Source: an uncultured Actinomycetes bacterium
GTDB lineage: Bacteria > Actinomycetota > UBA4738 > HRBIN12
Reading direction: 5' to 3'
DNA length: 64,000 bases
Assembly: GCA_963821925.1 (NCBI GenBank)
Contig: CAWGFO010000001.1
Coordinates: forward strand, 449,707 to 513,706
Notes under the pieces: model-generated
What the model saw: only the letters and a program-made list of their open reading frames with translations
Told to the model about the DNA's origin: nothing
Databases searched by the model: none
Program-made: the position numbers and the translations under genes
Shown: positions 47,885 to 59,721 of the stretch, piece by piece
Numbering within the stretch: the stretch's first letter is position 1
Layout of the letters: each line of letters begins with the position of its first letter

Positions 47885-50338
47885 TTACTCGTCGTCCTCG
47901 TCCATCTGCGTGATCACCGGCGCGAGCGCGACGACGTTGGCGCCGTCCTCGACGCGCATCGTGCGGACGCCCTGGCTCGCGCGTCCGACCCGACGGATCT
48001 GGTCGGCCGGCACGCGCACCACCTGCCCGCTCGAGGAGATCACGAACATGTCCAGGTCCTTCGTCCCGATGTAGGCACCCGCGAGCAGGCCGGTCTTGCC
48101 GGTGAGCTGGTGGCCGATCACGCCCTTGCCGCCGCGGCCCTTCGTCGGGTAGTCGGCGAGCTTCGAGCGTTTCCCGTACCCCTGCTCGGTCACGCTGATC
48201 AGCTCCTCGCCTTCGGAGACGAGCCCGACCGCGAGCACCCGGTCGTCCTCGGACAGGCGCATCCCGATCACGCCCCCGGTCGCCCGGCCCATCGGGCGCG
48301 CGAGCGACTCCTTGAAGCGGATCGCCTGGCCCTTGCGGGAGACGAGCATGACCTCGTCCTCCCCTTCGGTGAACTTCACGTCGATCAGCTCGTCGTCGCC
48401 ACGCAGGTTGATCGCGATCAGGCCGGTCCGCGGCGAGTCGTACTCGGGGAGCGCGGTCTTCTTCACGATCCCGTTGCGGGTCACGAAGAGCAGGTAGCGC
48501 CCCTCCGCGTACTCCTTGAGGTCGATCACCGCGCTGATCTTCTCGTCGCCGTCCAGGGCCACGCCCGGGAGGTTCGCGGCGTACATCCCGCGGGCCGTGC
48601 GGCCCGACTCGGGGATCTCGTGCGCCTTCACGCGATACACGCGGCCCTTCGTGGTGAAGAACAGCATCCAGTGGTGGGTCGTGGTCGTGAAGACGTGCTT
48701 GACGACGTCTTCCTCCTTCAGGTTCTGGCCGCGGACGCCCTTGCCGCCGCGGCCCTGCCGCTTGAAGGAGTCCATCGGGAGGCGCTTCACGTACCCGGCG
48801 CGGCTCACCGTGATCACGACGTCCTCTTCGGCGATCAGATCCTCGACGTCGAAGTCTCCCTCCTCGGCCCGGATCGACGTGCGACGCGAGTCCGCGTGCT
48901 TCTTGCGGATCTCGGTGAGCTCCTCCTTGATCACGGCGCGAAGCTTCACCGGGTCGTTCAGGAGCGAGTTGAGGTACTCGATGCGCTCGAGCAACTCCGT
49001 GTGCTCCTTCTCGAGCTCGGTGCGTGCGAGGCGTGTGAGGCGGCGCAGCGGCATGTCCAAGATGTGGTTCGCCTGGATCTCGCTGAGCTTGAAGCGCTTC
49101 ATCAGCGACGTGCGCGCGGCGTCGGCGTCCTGGGACCCGCGGATGATCTTGATCACCTCGTCGAGGTTGTCGAGCGCGATCAGGAGCCCGAGGACGATGT
49201 GGTCGCGCTCCTCGGCCTTGCGAAGGTCGTAGCGGGTGCGCCGCGTGACGACGTCGACCTGATGGTCGACGTAGTAGCCGACCATCTCGGCCAGGTTCAG
49301 CGTGCGCGGGACCCCGTCGACGAGCGCCAGCATGATCACGCCGAAGCTCTCCTGGAGCTGCGTGTGCTTGTACAGCTGGTTCAGCACGACATGGGGGTTC
49401 GCGCCGCGCTTGGTCTCGATCACGAGGCGCATGCCCTCGCGGTTGGACTCGTCCTTCAGGTCGGCGATGTCCTTCAGCTTCTGCAGCTTCACGAGCTCGG
49501 CGATCTTCTCGGCGAGCCGCGCCTTGTTCACCTGGTACGGGAGCTCGGTGACGACGATCTTCGACTTGCCGTTCGAGCTCTCCTCGATCTGCGTGACCGC
49601 GCGGACCTTCAGCGAGCCGCGGCCCGTCTCGTAGGCGTCGCGGATCCCCTGGCGCCCCATGATCGTGGCGCCGGTCGGGAAGTCGGGGCCCTTGATGAAC
49701 TTCATCAGGTCGTCGGGCGTCGACTCGGGGTTCTCGAGGTAGTGCACGACCCCGTCGATCACCTCGCCGAGGTTGTGCGGGGGGATGTTCGTGGCCATGC
49801 CGACGGCGATGCCGCCCGCCCCGTTCACCAGGAGGTTCGGGAACCGCGAGGGGAGCACGACCGGCTGCTGCTCGTAGCCGTCGAAGTTGGGGACGAAGTC
49901 GACCGTCTCGGAGTCGATGTCGCGCAGGAGCTCCATCGCCATCGGGGCGAGCCGCGCCTCGGTGTACCGGTAGGCGGCCGCCGGGTCGCCGTCGACCGAA
50001 CCGAAGTTGCCGTGGCCGTCGACGAGCGGGTAGCGCAGCGACCACTCCTGGGCCATGCGGACGAGCGCGTCGTACACCGACTGGTCGCCGTGCGGGTGGT
50101 ACTTCTTCAGCACGTCGCCGATCACGGCCGCCGACTTGCGGTGCGGGCGGTCGGGACGGTAGCCCGCCTCGAGCATCGCCCACAGGATCCGCTTGTGGAC
50201 CGGCTTCAGGCCGTCACGGACGTCGGGCAGCGCCCGTCCCACGATGACCGACATCGAGTAGTCGAGGTACGACCGTTGGATCTCGTCTTCGAGGTCGACG
50301 GGCTCGATACGCCCGACGAACAGCCCTTCCTGCGCCAT
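47885..50338 (-). CDS. gyrA: DNA gyrase subunit A
   Basis: 817 aa; catalytic AAMRYTE-equivalent region ([10 protein letters not shown]), QRDR, C-terminal beta-pinwheel with GyrA-box. Confidence 0.95.
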   Translation of the reverse strand: MAQEGLFVGRIEPVDLEDEIQRSYLDYSMSVIVGRALPDVRDGLKPVHKRILWAMLEAGYRPDRPHRKSAAVIGDVLKKYHPHGDQSVYDALVRMAQEWSLRYPLVDGHGNFGSVDGDPAAAYRYTEARLAPMAMELLRDIDSETVDFVPNFDGYEQQPVVLPSRFPNLLVNGAGGIAVGMATNIPPHNLGEVIDGVVHYLENPESTPDDLMKFIKGPDFPTGATIMGRQGIRDAYETGRGSLKVRAVTQIEESSNGKSKIVVTELPYQVNKARLAEKIAELVKLQKLKDIADLKDESNREGMRLVIETKRGANPHVVLNQLYKHTQLQESFGVIMLALVDGVPRTLNLAEMVGYYVDHQVDVVTRRTRYDLRKAEERDHIVLGLLIALDNLDEVIKIIRGSQDADAARTSLMKRFKLSEIQANHILDMPLRRLTRLARTELEKEHTELLERIEYLNSLLNDPVKLRAVIKEELTEIRKKHADSRRTSIRAEEGDFDVEDLIAEEDVVITVSRAGYVKRLPMDSFKRQGRGGKGVRGQNLKEEDVVKHVFTTTTHHWMLFFTTKGRVYRVKAHEIPESGRTARGMYAANLPGVALDGDEKISAVIDLKEYAEGRYLLFVTRNGIVKKTALPEYDSPRTGLIAINLRGDDELIDVKFTEGEDEVMLVSRKGQAIRFKESLARPMGRATGGVIGMRLSEDDRVLAVGLVSEGEELISVTEQGYGKRSKLADYPTKGRGGKGVIGHQLTGKTGLLAGAYIGTKDLDMFVISSSGQVVRVPADQIRRVGRASQGVRTMRVEDGANVVALAPVITQMDEDDE

Positions 50339-50355
50339 GTCCGTCGATCAGCTCC

Positions 50356-52311
<1,956 letters not shown>

Positions 52312-52417
52312 TCACGCGGTGCCGCGGGAAGCCGTGCGCGGGAAGGTCGCACGAACCCGTTCAGTCTACCGTACGGGAGGGACGCCCGACCGGTGGCGAG
52401 GGCCGAAAAAGGGCGTT

Positions 52418-52759
52418 CTAGCTGGGGTTTCTTACAACGATCCTGATCGCGGTCACGCGGCCCTCGCCCAGGGCCTCGTCGGCCTTGCGGCGGATCTCCT
52501 CGTGCAGGAACCGGGCCTGTGCGCCCCACGGTCCCGAGGTCGCGCCGACCACCAGGAGGCCCTCCTCCAGGCTGACCGGCGCGGTCTCGGCGGCCAGTCG
52601 CGGCCCCACGATCTCGGGCCACCGCGACGCGAGTTCGGCCACCGGCATCCCGCGCGACAACACCTCCTCGGCGAGCAGCCCGTCGACGATGTCGGCGAGC
52701 GTCACGGGATCGCGAGATCGCTTCCCCTTCGCCTTGTCGAACCCCTTCGCGTGGGCCAC
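52418..52759 (-). CDS. DUF721 family protein (Rv0004/DciA-like) between recF and gyrB
   Basis: Size (113 aa), motif and conserved position; GTG start 1 nt after recF stop. Confidence 0.65.
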   Translation of the reverse strand: MAHAKGFDKAKGKRSRDPVTLADIVDGLLAEEVLSRGMPVAELASRWPEIVGPRLAAETAPVSLEEGLLVVGATSGPWGAQARFLHEEIRRKADEALGEGRVTAIRIVVRNPS

Positions 52760-52760
52760 G

Positions 52761-53855
52761 TCAGGCGCTCCTCGCGGCGATCGTGCCGTCCACCACGTCC
52801 CAGACGGCGGCCGCGTTCGCGGGCACGTGCGCGTCGTCGGCGACCGTGATCAAGACCTGACCCCCGCGCGAGGCCAGCCGCGCGCCGATGTGGTCGCGGC
52901 GGCGCGGGTCGAGCGCGCTGAACGGGTCGTCGATCAGCAGCAGCGGAGGCTCGCCGATCTCGGCCGCCACCGCGGACGCGAGCCCGAGGCGGACGCAGAG
53001 GGCCGCCGCCCAGGTCTCCCCGTACGAGGCGAACGCCCGCGCGCCCAGGTCCCGAACCGCCAGGTTCAGCTCGTCGCGGTGCGGGCCCACGAGCGAGGTC
53101 CGGCGTTGGAGCTCATCGGCGCGACGTTCCCCGATCCGCGCTCGGAAGGCGCCCTCGAGATCGTCGGCGGACCACAGGTTGGGCGCGTAGGCGCAATCGA
53201 GCCCGTACGAGGCGATCGCGCGGAACTCCTCGTCGGCGAAGGGGGCGAGCCGTTCGACGGCGTCGGCGCGGGCACGGATCACGGCGCAGCCGGCCTGGAT
53301 CAACTCCTCGTCCCACGCCTCGATCCCCGGCGGCGAGCCCGGGCGGTCCCATTCCTTCAACAGCCGGTTCCGCTGGCGCAGGGCCCGGTCGTAGGACGTG
53401 AACAGCGAGTCCCTGACCGGCCACAGCGCGATCACGGCCTCGTCCATGAACGCGCGGCGCTTCGATGGGTCGCCGATCACGATCGGCAGGTCGAACGGGC
53501 CGAACAGCACGGCGCGGACCTGCCGCCGAAGGTCGCGCTTCCGACGCACCGGGGAGCGGTTGACCTTCACCTTGCTCGCACCCTGCGACGGGATCTCGAT
53601 CTCGACGAGGGCACGACCGTCCCGCGTCTCGAACTCCCCGCGCACGTAGGCGGCGGCGGCCCCCACCCGTACGAGCGGCGCGTTCGTGGACGTCCGCGGG
53701 GACCCCAGCGCGTACAGGAAGTGCATGCCCTCGAGCAGGTTCGTCTTCCCCTCCCCGTTCGGCCCCACCGCGACGAGCAGCCCGTCGGGCACCGGGTCGA
53801 TGCGCGTCAGCGCGTGGTTCCGGAAGTCACGCAGCTCGACCCAGGCGAGGCGCAT
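52761..53855 (-). CDS. recF: DNA replication and repair protein RecF
   Basis: Walker A GPNGEGKTNLLE, signature and D-loop region; 364 aa. Confidence 0.9.
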   Translation of the reverse strand: MRLAWVELRDFRNHALTRIDPVPDGLLVAVGPNGEGKTNLLEGMHFLYALGSPRTSTNAPLVRVGAAAAYVRGEFETRDGRALVEIEIPSQGASKVKVNRSPVRRKRDLRRQVRAVLFGPFDLPIVIGDPSKRRAFMDEAVIALWPVRDSLFTSYDRALRQRNRLLKEWDRPGSPPGIEAWDEELIQAGCAVIRARADAVERLAPFADEEFRAIASYGLDCAYAPNLWSADDLEGAFRARIGERRADELQRRTSLVGPHRDELNLAVRDLGARAFASYGETWAAALCVRLGLASAVAAEIGEPPLLLIDDPFSALDPRRRDHIGARLASRGGQVLITVADDAHVPANAAAVWDVVDGTIAARSA

Positions 53856-53882
53856 CGCGGGGAAGCCCTGCGCCGCAGCCGG

Positions 53883-54992
53883 TTACGACACCGATGCGGG
53901 CAACCGCACCGGCATCACGAGGTACGTGAACTCGTCGCCGTCCCCGCGGACCACGCCCGGCTTCAGCCCGTCGCGCACGTCGAGCCGCACGGACTCGCCG
54001 TGGCAGGCCGTGAGCCCGTCGGCCAGGTACTGCGGGTTGAAGGCGGCGGTCAGGTCCTCGCCCTCATAGCGGGCCTCCACGGTCTCGACGGCCTGCCCGA
54101 GATCGGGGCTCGAGCTCGAGAGCTTCACGCCGAGGGCGTTGAACTCGAGCCGCACCGGGGTCGTGTCGCGGGCGAGCAGCCCCACGCGTCGGACCGCGTC
54201 GAGCAGCGCCTGCCGGCTGATCGTGAGCCGGCTCTCGTGCTGCTCGGGCAGGAGCTGACGGTAGTTCGGGAACTCCCCTTCGATCAGGCGCGACGTGAGC
54301 GTCAGCTCCCCGATCCGGAACGCCACCTGCGACTCGTCCACGAAGATCTGGATCGAAGCCTTCTCATCGGCCTGGGCCGCGCGGCCCGCCTCGGTGAGGG
54401 CCCGCTCCGGCACGATCGCGCGGCCCTCGCCGTCGGCGCTCGCGACCAGGTCCCGGACGGCCAGTCGATACGAGTCGGTGGCCACCATCACGACCCCTTC
54501 GCGGCTGACCTCGACCAGCACCCCCGTGAGCACGGGCCGTGCCTCGTCGCGTGACGCGGCACGGGCCACCTGGGTCACGGCCTCGGCGAAGGCGCCGGCC
54601 TCGGCCGTGATCGACGTGCCGCTCGGCTCCTGCAGCCCCGGGAAGTCCTCGGACGGCAGCAGCCGCAGCGTGCCCTCGTAGGCCGCGCAGCGCAGGTGCG
54701 CCTGGGACTGATCGGTCTCGAACTCGACCGGCGCGTCGGACAACGACTTCACCGTGTCGCCGAGGAGCCGAGCCGGGACGAGCGCGACGCCCGCCTCCTG
54801 CACCTGAACGCCGGTCGAGAGCCGTGCCGACACCTCGAGATCGGTCGTCGTGAGCGTCAGCCGCCCGTCGTCGGTCGCCTCCAGGAGAACGCCTGTCAGG
54901 GCCGGGATCCCCGGCCTGGACGACACGCCGCGCTGGACGGTCTGGAGCGCCTCCGAGAGCGCGTCGCGGTCACACCGGAACTTCATGCCCAC
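53883..54992 (-). CDS. dnaN: DNA polymerase III beta sliding clamp
   Basis: 369 aa three-domain clamp; N-terminus MKFRCDRDALSEAL. Confidence 0.9.
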   Translation of the reverse strand: MGMKFRCDRDALSEALQTVQRGVSSRPGIPALTGVLLEATDDGRLTLTTTDLEVSARLSTGVQVQEAGVALVPARLLGDTVKSLSDAPVEFETDQSQAHLRCAAYEGTLRLLPSEDFPGLQEPSGTSITAEAGAFAEAVTQVARAASRDEARPVLTGVLVEVSREGVVMVATDSYRLAVRDLVASADGEGRAIVPERALTEAGRAAQADEKASIQIFVDESQVAFRIGELTLTSRLIEGEFPNYRQLLPEQHESRLTISRQALLDAVRRVGLLARDTTPVRLEFNALGVKLSSSSPDLGQAVETVEARYEGEDLTAAFNPQYLADGLTACHGESVRLDVRDGLKPGVVRGDGDEFTYLVMPVRLPASVS

Positions 54993-55201
54993 CCCCTGCT
55001 TCTGTCCTTAAGAGTTCTCGATAGACCGGTAGTAGTAGGCGCTGTGGAAAGGTGCACGGAGGCACGGTTCCTGCAGCGTAGAGCGGTTCTCTGACATGTG
55101 GATAGTCGGTGTGGAAACCCTGTCGCTCCGGCCGATGTTCGCAGAGCGACAGGAACACCCCACCTCGGCCGCGGAGGTTTTCCACAGGCGTCGCGGTCGG
55201 G
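54993..55201. promoter_or_regulatory. oriC: oriC core: dnaA-dnaN intergenic region with DnaA boxes
   Basis: TGTGGAAAG 55043, TGTGGATAG 55097, TGTGGAAAC 55110, TTTTCCACA 55178 (9-mers matching TGTGGAWAA-type consensus) in a 209-bp non-coding gap. Confidence 0.65.
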
Positions 55202-56638
55202 TCATGCCGCACCTCGCACGCGCCCGCGGATGATCCTCGTGAGATCTTGGACCTGACGGAACGTCGCGTCGCGCGCCCGCATCTCGTCCTCGACCTTCTT
55301 GATGCCGTGCAGGACGGTCGTGTGATCGCGTCCCCCGTACATGTCACCGATCTTGACGAGGGACAAACCCGTGTTCTCGCGCGTCAGGTACATCGCGATG
55401 TGCCGGGCGTGCGTGAGCGGTCGCGACCGGCTCTTCGAGACCAGCTCGTCGACCGAGATCGCGAAGTACGCTGCCGTCTCCTCGAGGATCAGGGGAGCCG
55501 GGATCTCGGTCTCGGTTTGCGGGATCAGGTCCTGGAGCGCACGTTCGGCGAGCGCGTCGTCGATCGGTTGGCTCGTGAGCTCCGACCACGCCACCACCCG
55601 CACGAGCGCGCCCTCGAGCTCGCGCACGCTCTGGTCGAACTTGGAGGCGACGAACTCGATCACGGCGGGCGGGACCTGGATGCGGTCGTGCTCGGCCTTC
55701 AACTGCAGGATCGCGATCCGCGTCTCGAGGTCCGGCGGCTGCACGTCGACGCACAGGCCCCACTTGAACCGGCTCACGAGCCGCTCCTCGAGCCCGGAGA
55801 GCTCGTTGGGGGATCGGTCCGACGCGATCACGATCTGCTTGCCGGCGCCGTGGAGGTGGTTGAACGTGTGGAAGAACTCCGTCTGGGTCTCCTCACGCTT
55901 GGCGAGGAACTGCACGTCGTCTACGAGCAGCACGTCCACCTCGCGGTAGCGCTGACGGAACTCGTCGCCCTTGCGTTCGCGCACCGCCTTGATGAACTCG
56001 GTCACGAACTGTTCGGAGGTCACGTACTTCACGCTGATCCCCGGCGAGAGCCGGTGCATGTGGTGCCCGACCGCGATCAACAGGTGCGTCTTGCCCAGAC
56101 CTGTTGCGCCATAGATGAAGAGCGGGTTATAGGCCGTCGACGGCGTTGCCTCGGCGACCGCCATCGCCGCGGCGTGCGCGAACCGGTTGGAGGGTCCGGG
56201 CACGAACGCGTCGAAGGTGTAGTTCGGGAACGGCAGGCCGGGCGCGCCGAGCGTGTCCTTGGGAGGCAGCAATTCGGGGGGCGCGCCGATCGCGGCGTAG
56301 GCGGCGGGCGGGCGCTCTTCGACCATCCCTCCCCCGCCCGCCCCGAGCTCGACCGGCGCGTCGGCACGGAGCCGCTCGTCGACCGCGAGTTCCACCTTCA
56401 CCGGATAGCCCACCGACTGGGCCGCCGCCTCCTCGATCATCGAGAGGTGGTGATGCTGGAGGCGCTCGCGCACGAGCTGGCTGGGCACCGCCAGCTGTAG
56501 CGACTCGTCGGACAGGGACAGCGGCGCCACGTCCGCGAACCACATCACGACGGTGGTCTCGGGGAGCTCGGTACGGGCGCGCTCGAGGACGAACGACCAC
56601 ACGTGACGGGCGTCGTGCTCAGGAACGGCTAGGGCCAT
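55202..56638 (-). CDS. dnaA: chromosomal replication initiator protein DnaA
   Basis: AAA+ Walker A GATGLGKTHL, sensor motifs and C-terminal DnaA-box-binding HTH (DHTTVLHGIKK). Confidence 0.95.
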   Translation of the reverse strand: MALAVPEHDARHVWSFVLERARTELPETTVVMWFADVAPLSLSDESLQLAVPSQLVRERLQHHHLSMIEEAAAQSVGYPVKVELAVDERLRADAPVELGAGGGGMVEERPPAAYAAIGAPPELLPPKDTLGAPGLPFPNYTFDAFVPGPSNRFAHAAAMAVAEATPSTAYNPLFIYGATGLGKTHLLIAVGHHMHRLSPGISVKYVTSEQFVTEFIKAVRERKGDEFRQRYREVDVLLVDDVQFLAKREETQTEFFHTFNHLHGAGKQIVIASDRSPNELSGLEERLVSRFKWGLCVDVQPPDLETRIAILQLKAEHDRIQVPPAVIEFVASKFDQSVRELEGALVRVVAWSELTSQPIDDALAERALQDLIPQTETEIPAPLILEETAAYFAISVDELVSKSRSRPLTHARHIAMYLTRENTGLSLVKIGDMYGGRDHTTVLHGIKKVEDEMRARDATFRQVQDLTRIIRGRVRGAA

Positions 56639-56639
56639 G

Positions 56640-56770
56640 CGTATCCACAGAACCTTTCCACAACGGTGGAAAACCCTCTCGGGAAGCGTTGGCTGGCGGG
56701 CGGGTTCGGGGCCGCACCGCCGGGGGGAAGCGCGGGGCGCACGATAGCACGGGACTTTTCCACACGACCC
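56640..56770. promoter_or_regulatory. DnaA-box cluster upstream of dnaA (autoregulation / second oriC segment)
   Basis: TATCCACAG 56642, TTTCCACAA 56656, GGTGGAAAA 56666, TTTTCCACAC 56757. Confidence 0.5.
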
Positions 56771-56908
56771 GCCGGGCGGGGGGTCTTGGCACTCTTTCTG
56801 TTGTCAACCGCTTTGTCCTGCGGCGATGCCGCCCCGTATACTCTGTGACCTTGGCCGGCGAGAGCCGGCCTTCATCTCGCCTCCGACCCACCGACCGAGG
56901 AACCGATC

Positions 56909-57052
56909 ATGGCCAAGGGCAAGCGTACGTACCAGCCGAACAACCGTCGCCGGCACAAGCGGCACGGATTCCGTCTGCGGATGCGGACCCGCGCCGGCCG
57001 CTCGATCCTCGCGGCGCGCCGCCGCAAGGGCCGCGCTCGGCTGACCGTCTGA
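56909..57052 (+). CDS. rpmH: 50S ribosomal protein L34
   Basis: [25 protein letters not shown]... hallmark sequence; SD GAGG 9 nt upstream; not in ORF track because <60 aa. Confidence 0.9.
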   Translation: MAKGKRTYQPNNRRRHKRHGFRLRMRTRAGRSILAARRRKGRARLTV

Positions 57053-57064
57053 TCCCCCATCCCC

Positions 57065-57367
57065 GTGCGCGCGCGGGAGGTGCGGCGCGTCTTCGCCGAG
57101 GGCCGTCCGCTGCACGGGGGGCGGGTGGTAGTGTTTCTCGCGCCCGGGACCGGGTCGTTCGCCGTCGTCGCCGCGCGCCGCGTAGGTGGCGCCGTCGAGC
57201 GGAACCGAGCCCGGCGCATCCTGCGCGAGGCCTGGCGACAGGTTACGCCGCAGGTCACAGCCGATTCCGACGCCGTCCTGGTGGCTCGAGAGGCCATCCG
57301 GGGCGCCACGACACGAGATCTGGTGGCCGAGATGACCGAGCTGCTCCGGGGCGTGACGCCCGCATGA
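57065..57367 (+). CDS. rnpA: ribonuclease P protein component
   Basis: 100 aa basic protein directly after rpmH with RNase P RNR-like motif (VERNRARRILREAWR). Confidence 0.85.
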   Translation: MRAREVRRVFAEGRPLHGGRVVVFLAPGTGSFAVVAARRVGGAVERNRARRILREAWRQVTPQVTADSDAVLVAREAIRGATTRDLVAEMTELLRGVTPA

Positions 57368-57675
57368 ACGCAGCCCGCCGCGCCCTGTGGATCGCCGGGG
57401 TGCCTGCGCGCGCCCTCCTGATCGGGATGATCCGGCTGTACCGCGCCACGCTCTCGGGCTGGCTCGGCGGCCAGTGCCGTTTCTATCCCTCGTGCTCCCA
57501 CTACGCGGAAGACGCGATCCGTACGCACGGCGCGACGAAGGGCGCCGTGCTCGCGACCTGGAGAGTGTTGCGCTGCAACCCGTTCGGCAAGGGCGGCATC
57601 GACCACGTGCCCGCGGCTCGCCGGCATGCGGCGTATGATGCTATCTCACAGACCCCCGAAGGAGCTCACGTCTAG
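57364..57675 (+). CDS. yidD: membrane protein insertion efficiency factor YidD
   Basis: IRLYRATLSGWLGGQCRFYPSCSHYAEDAIRTHGATKGAVLATWRVLRCNPFGKGGIDHVP matches YidD consensus; ATG overlaps rnpA stop; in ORF track only as the tail of a 509-aa spurious ORF. Confidence 0.8.
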   Translation: MNAARRALWIAGVPARALLIGMIRLYRATLSGWLGGQCRFYPSCSHYAEDAIRTHGATKGAVLATWRVLRCNPFGKGGIDHVPAARRHAAYDAISQTPEGAHV

Positions 57676-58824
57676 ATGCTCGCCTTCGCTCCGTTCCAGG
57701 CGCTGCTCGACGCGATCGGCTGGGTCCTGGCGCGCATCTTCGACCTGATCCCCAACTACGGGATCTCGATCATCGTGCTGACGCTGGTGATCCGGTTGCT
57801 CCTGTTGCCGCTCGGCATCAAGCAGATCAAGTCGATGCAGGCGATGCAGGCGATCCAGCCCCGCGTCAAGGAGCTGCAGAAGAAGTACAAGGGAAACAAG
57901 CAGAAGGCCCAGGAAGAAACGATGAAGCTCTACAAGGAGGCCGGCGTGAACCCGCTGGGCGGCTGCCTCCCGCTCCTCCTGCAGTTCCCGATCCTGATCG
58001 CGATGTACGCGGTGATCCGCGCGCCCTCACTGCAGCCGGTCCAGGATCAGCCGCAGACCTATCAAGTCATGAACAACCACCTGCCCGAGGACAGCACGCT
58101 GTTCAAGGACGTCATCACGCACACGAACACCGGGATGATCTTCGTGAACCTCCAATGCTCCGCGGCCCAGAGCGGCACTCAGGCCCAACTCAAGGACACC
58201 AAGGGCCAGAACGTCCAGAACGGGTGGGCCCTGGAGGACGGGCAGGGCAACCCGCTCCCCTACACATCGATCGGGACCCTGAACTGCGGCGATGGCGTCC
58301 CGGACAAGATCCCCTACTTCCTCCTGCTGATCGTGATGATCGGGACGACCTTCTATCAGCAGCGCCAGATGCAGAAGGCGAGCCCCCCGGGCGCCTCGTC
58401 CTCCCAGCAGCAGGCCATCATGAAGTTCATGCCGCTGATGTTCGGCATCTTCGGCTTCAGCTTCCCGGCGGGCCTGGTGCTCTACTGGATGGTGTCCAAC
58501 CTCTTCCAGATCGGCCAGCAGGCGGCCCTCCTACGGGCGGGGCACATCGGTCCCGATGCGCTCGACAAGCGGATCGCCGAGCAGAAGGCCCGCGCCGCGA
58601 GCCAGGCGGACAAGCCCGCGAAGAAGGGCTTCATATCCGGGATGATGGAGCGAGCCGAACAGGCGCGCCAGCAGCAGCCCGGTACCAAGGGTGGCACGTC
58701 GAAGGGCTCCCCCAAGGGCGGGAGCAGGGGCGCCGGCGGCACGAAGGGCGGCCCCCGCAAGCCGCCCCCCAAGAACCAGCCACGCCCCAAACCGAAGAAG
58801 CCTGGAGGCACCGATGGCTCGTGA
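57676..58824 (+). CDS. yidC: membrane protein insertase YidC
   Basis: 5-TM Oxa1/YidC core (ISIIVLTLVIRLLLLPL...QPRVKELQKKYK...GCLPLLLQFPI), basic C-terminal tail. Confidence 0.9.
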   Translation: MLAFAPFQALLDAIGWVLARIFDLIPNYGISIIVLTLVIRLLLLPLGIKQIKSMQAMQAIQPRVKELQKKYKGNKQKAQEETMKLYKEAGVNPLGGCLPLLLQFPILIAMYAVIRAPSLQPVQDQPQTYQVMNNHLPEDSTLFKDVITHTNTGMIFVNLQCSAAQSGTQAQLKDTKGQNVQNGWALEDGQGNPLPYTSIGTLNCGDGVPDKIPYFLLLIVMIGTTFYQQRQMQKASPPGASSSQQQAIMKFMPLMFGIFGFSFPAGLVLYWMVSNLFQIGQQAALLRAGHIGPDALDKRIAEQKARAASQADKPAKKGFISGMMERAEQARQQQPGTKGGTSKGSPKGGSRGAGGTKGGPRKPPPKNQPRPKPKKPGGTDGS

Positions 58825-59512
58825 GGTCGAGCGCACCGCCGCCACGGTCGACGAGGCCGTCGCCGCCGCGCTGGAATGGCTGGGTGCCGATGCCGGCGAC
58901 GTCGATGTCGAGGTCCTGCAGGCCCGCGCTCCCGAGAGCGACGAGCCCGGCCGAGCGATCGTGCGTGTGCGCCTCCGCGAGGAGGACGACGAGCCGCCCA
59001 AGCCGCCGTCTGCTCCGGGCACCCCCGCCGATGCCGCGACCGGCCTCGACGAGCTGGAGGAGCAGGCCGACGCGGTCGCCGACTTCGTGGACGAGTTGCT
59101 CGCGAAGATGGACATCGACGCGATCGCCGAGCCGAACCCGCAAGGCGGGCACATGTACGTCGACATCGTCGACGGCCCCGAGGACGACATGGCCCTCCTG
59201 ATCGGGCGCCACGGCCAGACCCTCGAGGCGATCCAGGAGCTCGCGCGGATGGCGATCGGCCGCAGGCTCGACCAACGGATCCGGGTGATCGTGGACGTCG
59301 AGGACTACCGCAAGCGCCGGGAGTCCCGCCTCGAGGAAGACGCCCGTGAGGCGGCGCTCCGCGTCGCGGGCGAGGGGGGCGAGTACGAGTTCGACCCGAT
59401 GAACGCCTACGAGCGCAAGCTCGTGCACGACGCGGTCGCCGGCGTGGACGGGGTCGAGACGGTGTCGCGGGGCGAAGAGCCTTCGCGGTACGTGGTGATC
59501 CGACCCGTTTGA
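58814..59512 (+). CDS. jag: Jag/KhpB-type R3H domain RNA-binding protein
   Basis: Jag-N, KH-like and C-terminal R3H (YERKLVHDAVAG) domains; conserved position after yidC; acidic insertion. Confidence 0.8.
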   Translation: MAREVERTAATVDEAVAAALEWLGADAGDVDVEVLQARAPESDEPGRAIVRVRLREEDDEPPKPPSAPGTPADAATGLDELEEQADAVADFVDELLAKMDIDAIAEPNPQGGHMYVDIVDGPEDDMALLIGRHGQTLEAIQELARMAIGRRLDQRIRVIVDVEDYRKRRESRLEEDAREAALRVAGEGGEYEFDPMNAYERKLVHDAVAGVDGVETVSRGEEPSRYVVIRPV

Positions 59513-59705
59513 CGTTGGTTCGTCTGTGGCTGGCGCGTGACGCTGCTCGCCCGAGGTCCCGCCGGCCAACCTCGCTCGCTTCGCTGGCGCTCGCTGCGCT
59601 CGTGATGTTGGCCTCTGGGATCCTCGGGCTCTATCGCGTGAAGCGCCGAACCCTACGACGAGGTTCATTCGGTCGGATAGCCTCGTACCTGTGTGTGAGG
59701 GGGCG

Positions 59706-59721
59706 TGTTTCACGTGAAACA
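59706..59721. other. parS: parS centromere site, perfect 16-bp palindrome TGTTTCACGTGAAACA
   Basis: Exact match to the chromosomal parS consensus tGTTtCACGTGAAACa; overlaps the first codons of rsmG (translates as VFHVKH). Confidence 0.75.

Noticed and set aside
55341-56600. Several + strand ORFs (463 aa, 202 aa etc.) across dnaA
   Set aside because: Antisense to dnaA, which is unambiguous; composition is typical of spurious GC-rich frames.
56146-57363. 509-aa ORF upstream of yidD
   Set aside because: Arg-rich antisense/alternate-frame artefact spanning the dnaA promoter, rpmH and rnpA; only the last 103 codons (yidD) are genuine.
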